The position numbers and the translations under genes were made by a program. From assembly GCF_006345805.1 (NCBI RefSeq), contig NC_043009.1:36456001-36520000 (forward strand): a DNA stretch of 64,000 nucleotides. The letters run 5' to 3'. How positions within the stretch are numbered: the first letter of the stretch is position 1; each line of letters opens with the position of its first letter. This DNA is from Octopus sinensis (taxonomy: Eukaryota). The notes under the pieces are model-generated. The model did no database searches. It was not told where the DNA came from and was given only the letters and a program-made list of their open reading frames with translations. Of the stretch, positions 25,115 through 37,339 are shown piece by piece.

Positions 25115-25502
25115 TATGTATCTCTCTCTATATATGTGTGTGTGGAGGCACAATGGCCCAGCGGTTAGAGCAGCGGACTCACGGTCATAGGATTGCGGTT
25201 TCAATTCCCAGACCAGGTGTTGTGAGTGTTTATTGACCGAAAACACCTAAAGCTCCACGAGGCTCTGGCAGGTGGTGGTGGTGATCCCTGCTGTATGTAC
25301 TCTTTCGCCACAACTTTCTCGCCCTCTTTAGTGTCATTTGAATGCTAAAACAATGCGAGGCACATTGTGACCAGCAATGTGTAGCAACATCTGATGGACT
25401 GGTTGGTCATGGTGATCATGGTGATATATATATATATTTATATATATAGATCACTAGCCACTACACATTCTTTATTTTCTCTCCTTGTTTCTTTCTGTGT
25501 TC

Positions 25503-25539
25503 CTTTTTGTGAAAGAGCGTAGGCTCAAAACGTTAAAAA
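25503..25539 (+). ncRNA. Degenerate minimal hammerhead-like relic in a PLE-tail-like repeat
   Basis: CTTT-TTGTGAA-A-GAGC-GTAG-GCTC-AAAA-CGT-T/AAAAA; U3-A8 pair with A6U and G12A changes. Confidence 0.35.
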
Positions 25540-27959
25540 CTTTTTCACTTCCCGAGCATTATACTAATACATCTATTTGTTGTCTACACCACCTGTCTTC
25601 GTCTTTTGTCTTTTTTTGTGAATTCTCCATATATATGTATATATGTATATATATATGTGTGTGTGTATATATATATGTGTGTGTGTGTGAGTGTGTGTGT
25701 GTGTATGGGTGCATGTATGTGTGTGTGTATGGGTGCGTGTATGTGTGTGTGTGTTATCGTCTCTTTGTTGTAACAATTCATGTGATAATTGTAAATGAGC
25801 CTCACCTAGAACAAACAGATTGGTTCTATAGTATTGTATATCCCAATTATTGTGTGGTAAGAAGTTTGCTTGCAGCCACATGGTTACAGTTTCAATCTCA
25901 CTACATTACACTTTGGACAAAAGTCACATACTATAGCCCCAACCCTGGGCTAACCAAAGTCTTCTGAGTGGATTTCGTAAATGGAATCTGAAAGAAGCAC
26001 GTGTGTTAGTGTGTGTGTGTTGGGGTATATATCTTTGTCCCCCTAATTACTTGACAACCGATGCTGGTTTGTTTACATTCCTGTAAATAAGCACTTCAGG
26101 AAAAGTGACTGATAGAATAATTACCAGGTTTAACAATATAATAAGTACTGGGGGTCGATGCATTCAATTAGACTCCGTCGTGTTGCTCCAGTGTGGACTC
26201 AGTTCAATGACTGAAACAAGTGAAAGATAAAAGACAAGACAGACAGACATACATACATACATACATACATACATGCATGCATGTGTTGGAAATTGATGAC
26301 ATACACACGTGAATTTCCAGAATAGTCATTTTTTACCCTCAACAAAACAATTTTTTGTTGGACTAAGATAAGCAGAGTAATCTCCCTTGTCACAATTGTA
26401 TTCTTGATAAGACGAAATATTGGTTTATTTATTTATTGGCTGTTTTTAGCCTCCGATCAAAATTCTGATCAAGTAGTTTTATGGTCATGACTTCATTATC
26501 GAATTTTGAGAGAAAATAGCATGGTTTAAGATAGATTTAGCGAATGTATGCAAACACAAGGAATTGAGAATTTCACATTTTTAATCAAAAAATTTACAAC
26601 ATAAATTTCTGAGCTACGTTTCTCATATGCTAGTTTTGCATCATACTTTAATTCAATGATTCTACATATTAATGAATCCGGTTATATTACATAAATCTAT
26701 AAAATAAATAATATACTGGTATCTATAAAATAAACACCAGTATATTATTGTTCCTTATTCTAATAATAGCAGCATTGGCAACCGACCAAATTCCGTACTG
26801 AATGAAGCTAAGAAGAAATATTGGTGGTGGATTGGATAGAAATGTAGAAGTGGCAATGAGATACGATCTGGTAAGAATTCTTATTGTATTTCAACATAAG
26901 CCTACTTGAATAAAACATAGAAAAACTGAATGCATTCTATGCTATACCAACAACGTCCAGTATAGGTCATAGAATTAAATTTATTGACCACTGAAGTTAA
27001 AGATTAGAAGAGATATCAATGTGGCAGACAAAATATTTAATTAAGATATTAAAGAAAAATTAGTAACCTTCATTCAGTATACAAGGGATTGTACTCTTTT
27101 GGGGAGAAATATATTTCAAATTTAAATCAAGATAAGAGTGAAAAGTAATTTCAGTATGTAAATATAACCCAAGGCAGTGAGATGTTAGCACTCCAAGCAA
27201 AATATCTAATGGCATTTCATTCGTCTTTATGTTCTGAGTTCAAATGCTGCTAGGGTTGATTTTCCCTTTCATTCTTTTGAGGTCAATAAAATAAATACCA
27301 GTTGAATACTGGGGTCAATATAACAGGCATTCTCCTCCTTTAAAATTGCCAAAATTTCTGCCAAAATTTGATACCAAGAGACAACTGTGCTGGTATGATC
27401 ATGTGGCGAGAATGGATGAGGATAGCTGTGTGAAAAAGTGACACACCCTAGCAGTTGAGGGAACCTGTGGAAAAGATAGACCCAGGAAGACCTGGGATGA
27501 AGTGGTGAAGCATGACCTTCGAACATTAGGCCTCACCGAGGCAATGACTAATGATCAAGACCTTCGGAAATTTTTGACGGATGCAGAGATTGACGGAAAA
27601 GAACTTTGGAAACTAGGATATATATTTGTGAATTTTCAGAAAATTTTTTTTTTTTTTATCTATTTTCATGCCTTAAAGCACCCTGAGACTTAATTCCGTT
27701 GGACTAAGATAAGCAGAGTAATCTCCCTTGTCATACTTTCGTTCTTGTCAAACGAAGGATTCGTTTCTGTATTGAGTTTTTAATCCCAGGTCAAAACCCA
27801 TCAGGTAGGTTTATGATCATAAGCTTGCCAGTCGTGACCATCACAGATTTTTATTGAGACACAATAAATCTATGACTACATTATTGAATTTTTAAGAGAA
27901 AATAGCGTAGTTTAAGTTAGATATCGTGTGTGTGTGCAAGTGTGCATGTTATCATTCAG

Positions 27960-28816
27960 TTTTATTTCAAGACTAGCAGAGAAGCTTGGATTTTGTCATT
28001 CAACCGTTCATCGACAGCTGTGTGCCATTAGAAAAGTCAACGAATTGGATTACTGTGTTCCTCACAAACTTTCTGAGTCTAATCACCCACAGAGAGTGAA
28101 TGTGTGCTCTTCTTTGCTGTCACGTTTCACGAATGAACCATTTTTGGACCGAATAGTGACTGGTGATGAGAAATGGGTTCTTTATGAATATGTCTAGCGC
28201 TGAAGACAATGGGTAGGGAAAGGAGAAACACCAGCACCCCAGGCTAAATAAGGTCTTCACCCATGTCAGGGTTGTTAACTGTTTGGAGGGATATGAAAGG
28301 TTTAGTCCACTTTGAAATCTTAAACCTAAACCAAACAGTAACAAAGGAGATCTACTGTGAGCAGCTTGAACGGCTTAAATCAATGCTAGAAGGAAAACGA
28401 CCATCTTTGGGTTCAAGACGAAAGGTGTTCTTCCATCAGGATAAAGCTCGGTCATATACAATGAGGATGACATTCCAAAGGCTGGAGCAGTTTGAATGGG
28501 AAACGATGCCCCACTCATCATATTTGCTAGACATTGCACCATCCGATTATCATTTATTCTGCAGTCTTCAAAATCGCTTGGTCAGAGAAAAATATTAATT
28601 CTGTAGACAACATCAGAACAGTACTGGATAAGTATTTTTCATCATGAACCAGTGAATTTTGGAAGTGGGGCCTTGCAAGTCTACCACATAGATGGAAGGG
28701 CATTCTAGAAAATGAAGAAGAGTAAGTTTTTGATTAAAAAAGAACTTTGTTTATTTCAATTTTGGTAAATAAAAGAAGTATTAAAAAAACAGCATTACTT
28801 ATGGAATGTCCCAATA
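27960..28816 (+). mobile_element. mariner (DD34D) transposon fossil, 5'-truncated
   Basis: WVPH-like CVPHKLS, IVTGDEKWVLY, FFHQDKARSYT and DIAPSDYHLF motifs; 3' TIR ...ACTTATGGAATGTCCCAATA. Confidence 0.9.
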
Positions 28817-28889
28817 GATACATGTATGTATGTATGTATGTGTGTGTGTGCATGTATGTATGTGTGTGTGTACACACATATACATATAT

Positions 28890-29190
28890 ATAGTTCTGAT
28901 AGTGACTCAGCAATTAGAGCAAGGTCGTCAGCATAGAGGAGCTCCCAGGGGCATCCTGTCTTGAATTCCTCTCTTATTGCCCGGAGCACTATGATAAATA
29001 GGAGGGGGCTGAGCACTGAACCTTGGTGGACCCCTACCTCTACCCGGAATTCTTCACTATACTCGTTGCCAACCCTCACCTTACTGACAGCGTTCCTGTA
29101 CATGGCTTGCCCTAGTTTCCTAATTGTCCACCAGATAAGGGATCGGGGGGGGGGGACCCTGTCAAAGGCTTTCTCCATGTCAACGAAAGC
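28890..29190 (-). mobile_element. RTE-clade RT fragment
   Basis: YLAFVDMEKAFDRVP, VGVHQGSVLSPLLFIIVL and ELLYADDLALIAES. Confidence 0.88.
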
Positions 29191-29258
29191 CAGGTACATA
29201 TATATATATATACATACATATAAATATATGTATATATATATATATACATACATATAAA

Positions 29259-29302
<44 letters not shown>

Positions 29303-29599
29303 CTTCCCTTCTTTCCTGAGCGTCAATAATACTTTAATTGTTCCACGTCCTGCGTTGCTGTGTTTTTTTCTTTTTTTCTGTGTTTTCTTGTTTGGATTAA
29401 CTTTATATATATATATATATATATACATAAATATTTGTTGTGCAAGATTTTTTATCTGAAGTTGTGTGTTGAAACGGATATTGTTATATTTCGGAATGGT
29501 CATTTTGCCAGTTTAGCCAATAAAAACACACGCACTATATATTTGGTGTTATTTTGCTTCATTGTTATTTATTTTTTACATTAATCTTAATCTTATTTC

Positions 29600-29644
29600 G
29601 GCCAGAGTTCTTTCGTCACACTCCTGTGACCGCATCAGTGGTCC
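29600..29644 (-). ncRNA. Degenerate minimal hammerhead-like motif (same family as 20886-20932)
   Basis: GGACCA-CTGATGC-G-GTCAC-AGGAGT-GTGAC-GAAA-G-AA-C-TC/TGGCC; A9C change. Confidence 0.5.
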
Positions 29645-29901
29645 TTTGTTTTCTTCTTTCTTATTTGTGTCTCTCCTTACTAACCGTCAGCCATTTTGTA
29701 TTTCTATTGTATGTCTTCATTTGCGCATGCTTATAACTCTATGTGCGTTTATGTTTATTTAGTGTGTGTATGTGGGGGGATGCCTGTAATATTTGTATCT
29801 TCTGTTTATATATGTTCATGTAATTTGTATTTTGTATTTTGTTTTTGTTTTTGTTTATTCTTATTTTGTTCATGTGTTTACATCCACTTATTATTATCAT
29901 T

Positions 29902-30770
29902 ACAGAAGGCTTAAAGAATGCCTAACACAGAACTCCATACTCGTAAACATGTACTCTCACTATGTTGATGATATCAACATAGTGGTAAAGGCACCCCCAC
30001 AAGGGAGTAATGTTGATATAGTAATAGAAACTATACTATGGAGAGCATCCAGCAAATAGCTAACTCCATCCACCAGAGTATTAAGGTCACAATAGACTAC
30101 CCCACTAAACACCCCAACCATAGACTACCAGTACTAGACACCGAACTCTGGCTAGAAATTGTGAATAATAAAACCCAAATCCTTCATTCATACTATGCCA
30201 AACCTATGGCCTCAAAATACTTGATCCACCGGAACTCAGCCATTGCGGACAATGCCAAATTCAATATTTTGATGGCAGACCTCGTCAGAATAATGAGAAA
30301 TGTGTCACGCATGTGCGAGCCTACAGAGTTAAAGAGACACATACAATATTTCATTCACCGCATGCAGTTCTCAGGTTACAGCCATAAAGAAATGATCAGA
30401 GTATACAAAGGAGTCATTAAGAAATTTGATATATATTATGTAATGATAGGAATGGGATTTGCCCACTCTATAGGAAGAAAGTCATGGAACACTATAGAAA
30501 GGACAAAAAAGAAAATAGGGAAGGCCAACTCTTGGTATGATAGCCATAAATACCAGAGTGTCATGTTCGTTGACACCACCCCTGGAGGTGAACTGGTGTA
30601 CCACTTTAGAAGGACCCTAGACAAACTTAAGCTAAGAATTAAGGTTGTTGAAAAGCCAGGCAACCCTATCAAATCTATAATTGGTAGAACCTATCCTTTT
30701 AGTAGAACCCCCTGCACGGATAAGTACTGTACTGTATGTAGATTTAGCCCACAAACAAACGTCATTGTCT
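29902..30770 (+). mobile_element. Penelope-like element (Neptune-like) RT C-terminus and Cys-rich linker, copy 1
   Basis: YVDDINI, LPVLDTELW, YYAKPMASKYLIH and PCTDKYCTVC; ORF 30038-30808. Confidence 0.85.
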
Positions 30771-31790
30771 TGTTACTACACCATCCCTCTGTACATCTTA
30801 TACTATAGACTACATTCCTAGCTTTACGGTTTGTTTGTGGGATAAATCTACATACAATACAGTTCCTATCAGTACAGGGGGTTCTACTAAAAGGGTAGGT
30901 TCTACCGATTAGGAATTTGATAGGGTTACCTGGCCTTTCTACAACCTTAATTCTTAACTTAAGTTTGTCTAGGGCCCTTCTAAAGCAGTACGCCAGTTTG
31001 CCTCTAAGGGTGGTGTCAACGAACATAACACTATGGTATTTGTGGCTATCATACCATGAGTTGGCTTTCCCTATTTTCTTCTTAGTCCTTTCAATGGTGT
31101 TCCAAGACTTGCTCCTATAGAGTGCGCAAATGCCATTCCTATCATTACATACTTCAAATTTCCTCATCGCTCCTTTCTCTGTGACTGTATCCTGAGATCT
31201 GCATGCAGTGAACAAAGTGTTGTATGTGTCTCTTTAACTCTGTAGCGTCGTGCATGCAGGACACATTTCACATTACTCTGATGAGGTCTGCCATCAATAT
31301 ACTGAATTTGGCATTGTCCGCGATAGCTGAGTTCCAGTGGATCAGGTATTTGGAGACCATAGGTTTGGCATAGTGTGAATGAAGGATTTGGGTTTTATTA
31401 TTCACAGTTTCCAGCCAGAGTTCTGTATCTAGTACTGGTAGTCTATGGTTAGGGTGTTTCATAGGGTAGTTTATCATGACCTTAATACTCAGGTGGATGG
31501 AGTTAGCTATTTGCAGGATGCATTCCATAGTATTAGTTTCTATTTCTATTTCTAGAGACCTCTCTGGTGGGGGTGACTTTACTACTATGTTGATATCATC
31601 GACATAGCGAGAGTACATGTTCATGAGTATGGAGTTCTGAGCCAAGCATTTAGCCTTCTGTCCCACCATACTATGAAAAGGTTGGGCACCATCACCAGTG
31701 ATACTAACCCTAATGGCTGACCCTCATCCTGGGTGTAGATTTTGTTGTTAAACTTAAATGGGTGGCCTTTTAGGGTAACTCTTATACTAG
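30771..31790 (-). mobile_element. Penelope-like element (Neptune-like) RT to GIY-YIG start, copy 2, inverted relative to copy 1
   Basis: YSRYVDDINI, LPVLDTELW, PCTDRNCIVC and RNVVYSIRC (GIY-YIG-like strand); ORFs 31268-31669 and 30691-31215. Confidence 0.85.
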
Positions 31791-32060
31791 CTCCTAGTGA
31801 GTAGAGATAAGTAAAAACAGGAATGTTGCAGAGAGAGAGGGTGGAAGAAGGATTAAAAAGGGTAAAAAAGAATTAAGAGGAGGTGAAAGGATAAACTTTC
31901 ATTCATACTTGTTGGGGACATTGTGCCAAGATCAAATATGAGACGTTACTCCTTTTGTTTCCTAGAGAAGGAGGGGGCTATGGTGCAAGGCCATGCCACA
32001 CTGATAAATCTGCAATAGAATGATTCACAGTGTTGAAGTGGGTGGCGACAGGTTGGCCTG

Positions 32061-32187
32061 TACGTACGTACGTACGTACATACATACATACATACATACA
32101 TACATACATACATACATACATACATACATACATACATACATACATACATACATACATACATACATACATACATACATACATACATAC
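32061..32187. repeat. (TACG)4(TACA)n microsatellite
   Basis: Read directly from the sequence; it explains the spurious MYVC/TYIH ORFs. Confidence 0.95.
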
Positions 32188-32328
32188 GACGACGACGACC
32201 TCGAACCCACAAGAGTAAACAAGTGAGGCAGAAACAAGGAAAATGCCACTTGTATTTGAACACTATACAAATATTCTTTTAAAAAAACTTTTCTTTTGAT
32301 TTTTCTTAAATTTAATTGTTTTCCATAC

Positions 32329-32370
32329 TTACAGTTGAAAAAGTTTCAATGACTGAAACCGGTACTGAAA
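32329..32370 (+). ncRNA. Minimal type-I hammerhead-like motif, U3-A8 core variant
   Basis: TTACAG-TTGAAAA-AGT-TTCAATG-ACT-GAAA-CCGG-TA/CTGAAA; ACCGGT palindromic helix III and GUA triplet. Confidence 0.55.
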
Positions 32371-32418
32371 TGTATTTTAAAAAATTTTTTTAGCATTTTC
32401 TATCTTGACTTTTTTTTC

Positions 32419-32465
<47 letters not shown>

Positions 32466-34699
32466 AGTATTTAGAGATAAATTGTACAAGCATTTGGGTA
32501 TATTCTGGATTTGGGTTAACTGCATCTAGTAGTAAGGATTACTTAGGGTGAACAATCTCACTGTAATTCATCTGATGAGTAAATCCTGGGTTTGCTTCTC
32601 TGGATTATGAACATTTTCAGGGGTGTAAAACAATTACAATGAATACAGAGATAAGTGTATCTATATATTTTTCTTGTTTTACAGTCAATTATACTGCATA
32701 TTTGGTTAAAATATAACTGACACATATTTCTGCTGCATAGAGAACAAACAATTGCATTTTGCATCCAGCTATTTTTGACTATGCAACTTTATTCAAAGTC
32801 TGTAGCAAACTGAAGCAACCTAAGGTAATCCCATAAACCAGCCTTATCTAACTTTAATATATACAGCTCTATAACTTAGAGTGTGCTTCTTTTTTCAGAT
32901 TTATGTTTTTATAGACAATATATATTCATATATAGTAAAATCAGTCCAAGTGAAGTTACTACTACTGTACCTTCTCACTCTCACTCTCATTCTCTCATGT
33001 TCAGTCATAAATATTCATTCACTTGAATGATACACAACAACCATACATTATCCAATACATATTCATGTACATATATATATATATATATACAAATATTCAT
33101 ATATATATATATATTATACACATACTCACATATATGTATACATGTGTAACAGTTGGTTCTTGGGAAGGCTGCAATGCTCTTGTTCAGGGTCACCACTTGT
33201 AGCAGGAGAAATTGATTTGTAAACAATATTATGAAATGTCGGAGTCAGCAGTTGTAACAATAAAAATTTGTCGTTATAATTGCATACTGTAGGATGTGAA
33301 AGATGAACAATGCATAAAGTTTTAAGGAAATATTTATTTACTGTTATGTTACAATACGTTGCCTCGATGGGCAGGTTATGATAAATCCAAAAGCATGTGA
33401 AGTAAAGTTTGTGTTTGTGTCTTCTTCGTTGTTTAGTAGTAATTACAGAGAGATATAGAATGATGTTGTAAGAGAACAGAATAAGAGCTAGTGAGAGTTG
33501 TAGGGTGTGGGATGTTGTCTTACAGTTGCTGACAGTAAACTTCATTTCTCCCTCTGACCAAGGTTCTAGCTGGTCAGCCAGACTTCGTTGTCACTGACTG
33601 ATTTTTGCTTGGGGTGTTCTTGCTTTTATAACTACCCAGAAGGATAGATATATTATTGAGAACAATAGATTTAGTTGGTGGTCTTGTTATCTCTATTCTA
33701 GCTTTTAGTCAAGTAGAAGAGGTTAGAAAGGGTCAAATGGTGAAGATATTATTTCAGCCTAGCTAAAGGTATCTGGAAAATGTAAAACTGCTGTCAGAGA
33801 AAAACCATTGTTCCACCGTGGGAAAAGTTCTGTTGAAGTGTTAATTCAAATTTGGCTATGGTGGATCGAATCCACTTCATGCATGCAAGATTCACTACAT
33901 ATGTATGTGTGTGTATATATAAATGTGTATATATAAATATATACACATGCGTGCACACACACACATATACATCATCATCATTTAACATCCATTTTCCATG
34001 CTGGCATGGATTGGATGGTTTGACAGAAGCTAGAGACTTTCAGGGCTGCACTGAACTCCAGTATCAGCTTTAGAGTGGTTTCTAGGGTTAGATATCCTTG
34101 CTGACACCAACCACTTTACAGTTTGTGTGCTTTTTGCATACACCAGCACTAATAAGATTTCCAAATAGCTTGTAATATAGAAAAAGAACAGGGAAAGGTT
34201 ACAGGGAACACCACTATGTGGGGGCGTAATTGGAAGTTTCAAGGTGAATGTAAGAGAGGATACGGACAGTGGATTAGAGGGGCAGTATGAGCTGGGTAAT
34301 TTCGTAAGAGTGTGACGGGAAAATGACAGATGATTTGAGAGGAGGTACAGGTAAATGTAATGTGATGAACAAGGGAGCAGTGTGGTTGATGGGAAATATC
34401 GGTGTGGAGAATGGATTAAGTGAGATTGAAGTGGCTTTAGAAGGACACTAGTTCAAAAGGTAGAGGAATGATATGCAAGGTGTTGTTGAGAGGGAGATGT
34501 TACTTAGTGATTCCCTTATCACCACTTTAGCAAGTGTAGTGAAGGCTATGCTCTTGCCAATGAGGTCAGAATAATACCGAAATATGTTTGGAGTTATCTC
34601 CTATACTTGCTGAAAGGACTAAAATTATTGGTCAGTGACTAATATTGGTTGTTTTTGAAACCAAAACAATAAAAGAAGATACTGACATACTTAATTTAG

Positions 34700-34823
34700 T
34701 AAGTTAAAAAGTTTTGATTGAAAAAAAATGTACATCTGTGACAATGAGAGGAAAAGAATACAACTATTCTAGCAGGGAAGGGCAGGAAAAACAACTGGAT
34801 GTAAATTAAAACGGGGCGAACAT

Positions 34824-34863
<40 letters not shown>

Positions 34864-35265
34864 ATATGAACGTCACAACACATCATTTTATTTTTTCAAA
34901 AGTACATCCCTTGTTTGGATCCACTCCAAAGAAATGGATATTTCATTAGAGCGAAATCAAACAATATAGTACATATATAAATGAATAAAGGCATAACATG
35001 GCACCCTTCGTCATAATTTTGTGTGTTGGATGGTAGAATTAATTACTATCTTCGTTTCAGTTCATGATAAAGAAGGTAAACGATAGAAGATATGTAACCG
35101 GACCCACCAATTGGGTCAAATATAGAGAGAAAGGAGAGAGTTGCAATGTGAGAATGAAGAAGAGGAAGAGAGACAGAGAAATTATGAAAACGTACGAATG
35201 AGAGAAAAAAGGAGAGAGAGAAAATGGAAACGTATGGATTAGAGTGTATGTGTCAGTAAACGTGT

Positions 35266-35333
<68 letters not shown>

Positions 35334-37140
35334 TGTGTGTGTGTATGAAAGTGTTGTGATTTTGTGGAGAGGAAAATATTTTGGTATAAAGGACTGTTGT
35401 TGCATCATCTGCTGTAAGTTATCTGTTGAAATATTGTCGTTATTATTATTATTATTATTTTATTATTATTAGTTTTGGTAATCTTGTGATGTTGAAAATG
35501 ATATTGCTTGATGATAATTTGGTTGTATCAATATGTGATTAAACATAACAGATTATAATATATCTGTGTCCGCGTAAATGAAAGACAAACAAACCGACCT
35601 TCATGGACGAACCACATGTACATGTGTATGTGCGAACTAATATAAATAAACAATAATCTTCAGGCAACCTATAGAAACAAAGGTGAGAAGCTAAAGAAAA
35701 CAGTATGTATATCTTACGTAATTAAGGATCCTAGCTTAATGTGTTTGTGTATTGCACGGGACGGAGCTGTATGTAAGGTCGGGTCTGGGTAAATGAGAAA
35801 AGAGAATGTGTTTAAGGCGAAAGTAACGTATTAGAAAAGAAAAGTAAATAGAGATTCACGCACCGGCAACATTCAGTAAGTGATAATGTCTTTAATTAGT
35901 GATCTGTTGATTACAATTGTTGCGTGAGATACAATACTTATACCGGTTTATTTGGAAAAATTGTATTTAAACTGTGTTAATTGTGTATAGATGATTGTTG
36001 ATAGGAAAAACTTTCATTAATAACTTATTTTATGTTTTAGTTTTCGTTGTTTAATTTTTGTCCTATCGCGGTTTATTATTTAAGCATACGTCGATTCCAC
36101 TGTGGTATTGTTTTACATTTATAATAAAATAAATATATTCAAATTGTAAAAATATGGAAAAAATATTCTGTACAGTACTGTTTCTACTTCGTGGGGGTGG
36201 GGTTCGAACGTAACACCCGTAATAGTTAAAGGATTGATCGCTTTAAATTACTTACCCTGAATTACTCAATAACTTTAACTGTTATTTAGGATATTTAAAT
36301 GAGTGTGTCACTTTTCCTGTGACTTTTAGTTTTCATGTGATTGTTTCCGTTCATCGTTGTTTTCTAAGGAATAATCAACTGATTTTCTGGTATTCTCTGT
36401 TTGGTCTTCGCTCAGTTCTGTTGAAGCAAAATCTACTAACCAAGGCACCCCTGCCTTGATTATCTTGTCATTTTATATATCCGGGATAACATTGTGCAAT
36501 GTGACCTACCCGTTTTAAGTCGGTAGGATAGAAATTGATAGGAATTACCTAGCGGTCATATAGGCAGTTGATTTTCTTTTAATTATAATTGCCGAGTAGG
36601 ATAGATCGCGATTTTTGTATTATGTGTAACGTACGTTAGCTTATAGAAACAACTAAACCTAGCAATGCTATTTAACGAAAGTCATCAATTTTAAAGCGTT
36701 GTCGCTGTTTACACCTTCCTTATGGTACATGTGTGCAGTTAAATAGGAGTATTTAGTCCTAGATATAACTCAGTACCGTTGACCGGACACGAACACCGTC
36801 TTCCCGGCTCACTGTTCTGATCTGCAAAACTGCAATACCCTGCGGTAGGGTCTAACATATGTAATATATAGAGGGATATAATAAACTCCGATGGGCTACC
36901 TATCCAAGCCCGACACCTTATCGACTCTGTCTGTGCTCTCATCGTAATGCCTCTGTAAAATCTATTCCTGTATAGGAAAATGATTTGATTACAATATATT
37001 ACAGAATAATTGTTTAGTCGCTACCCTCCACTGTTGCGAAAAAAATAAAGGAACACCATTTCTCTCATCTTAGCTGCTTTTCTGTCTGCGTTATCAGTGC
37101 ATCTTGCATATTGTGGTGTCAGGTTCTCTTCTAATGCTTC
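34700..37140. promoter_or_regulatory. Candidate promoter / first-exon region (CpG-retaining, GA-repeat-rich, apparently unique)
   Basis: By eye, CpG is denser here than in the flanks; (GA)n tracts at about 34828-34860 and 35270-35330; donor-like TTCA|GTAAGT on + at 35876 and CAGG|GTAAGT on - at 36255. Confidence 0.35.
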
Positions 37141-37339
37141 TTACAATTGTATAGTGCGTGGAGGTCATAACAAATCAACGAGTGCCACCTTAAAATCAGA
37201 ATTTTATGCTAAATTTCAGTAGGAAATTTTTTTTAAATTTCTAAAACATGCTAAATATGACAAAAAAAAAAAAAAAATGCCAAAGACTAATTATATCAAA
37301 AAGCTTGTTTTGTTAAAATTTTTATTTACTTTCTTGAAT

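Noticed and set aside
32561-32650. CTGATGAG followed by a stem, with distant ATTCAT/ATGAAT pairing
   Set aside because: GAAA is incomplete (TGAAC) and no valid NUH or helix III geometry could be drawn.
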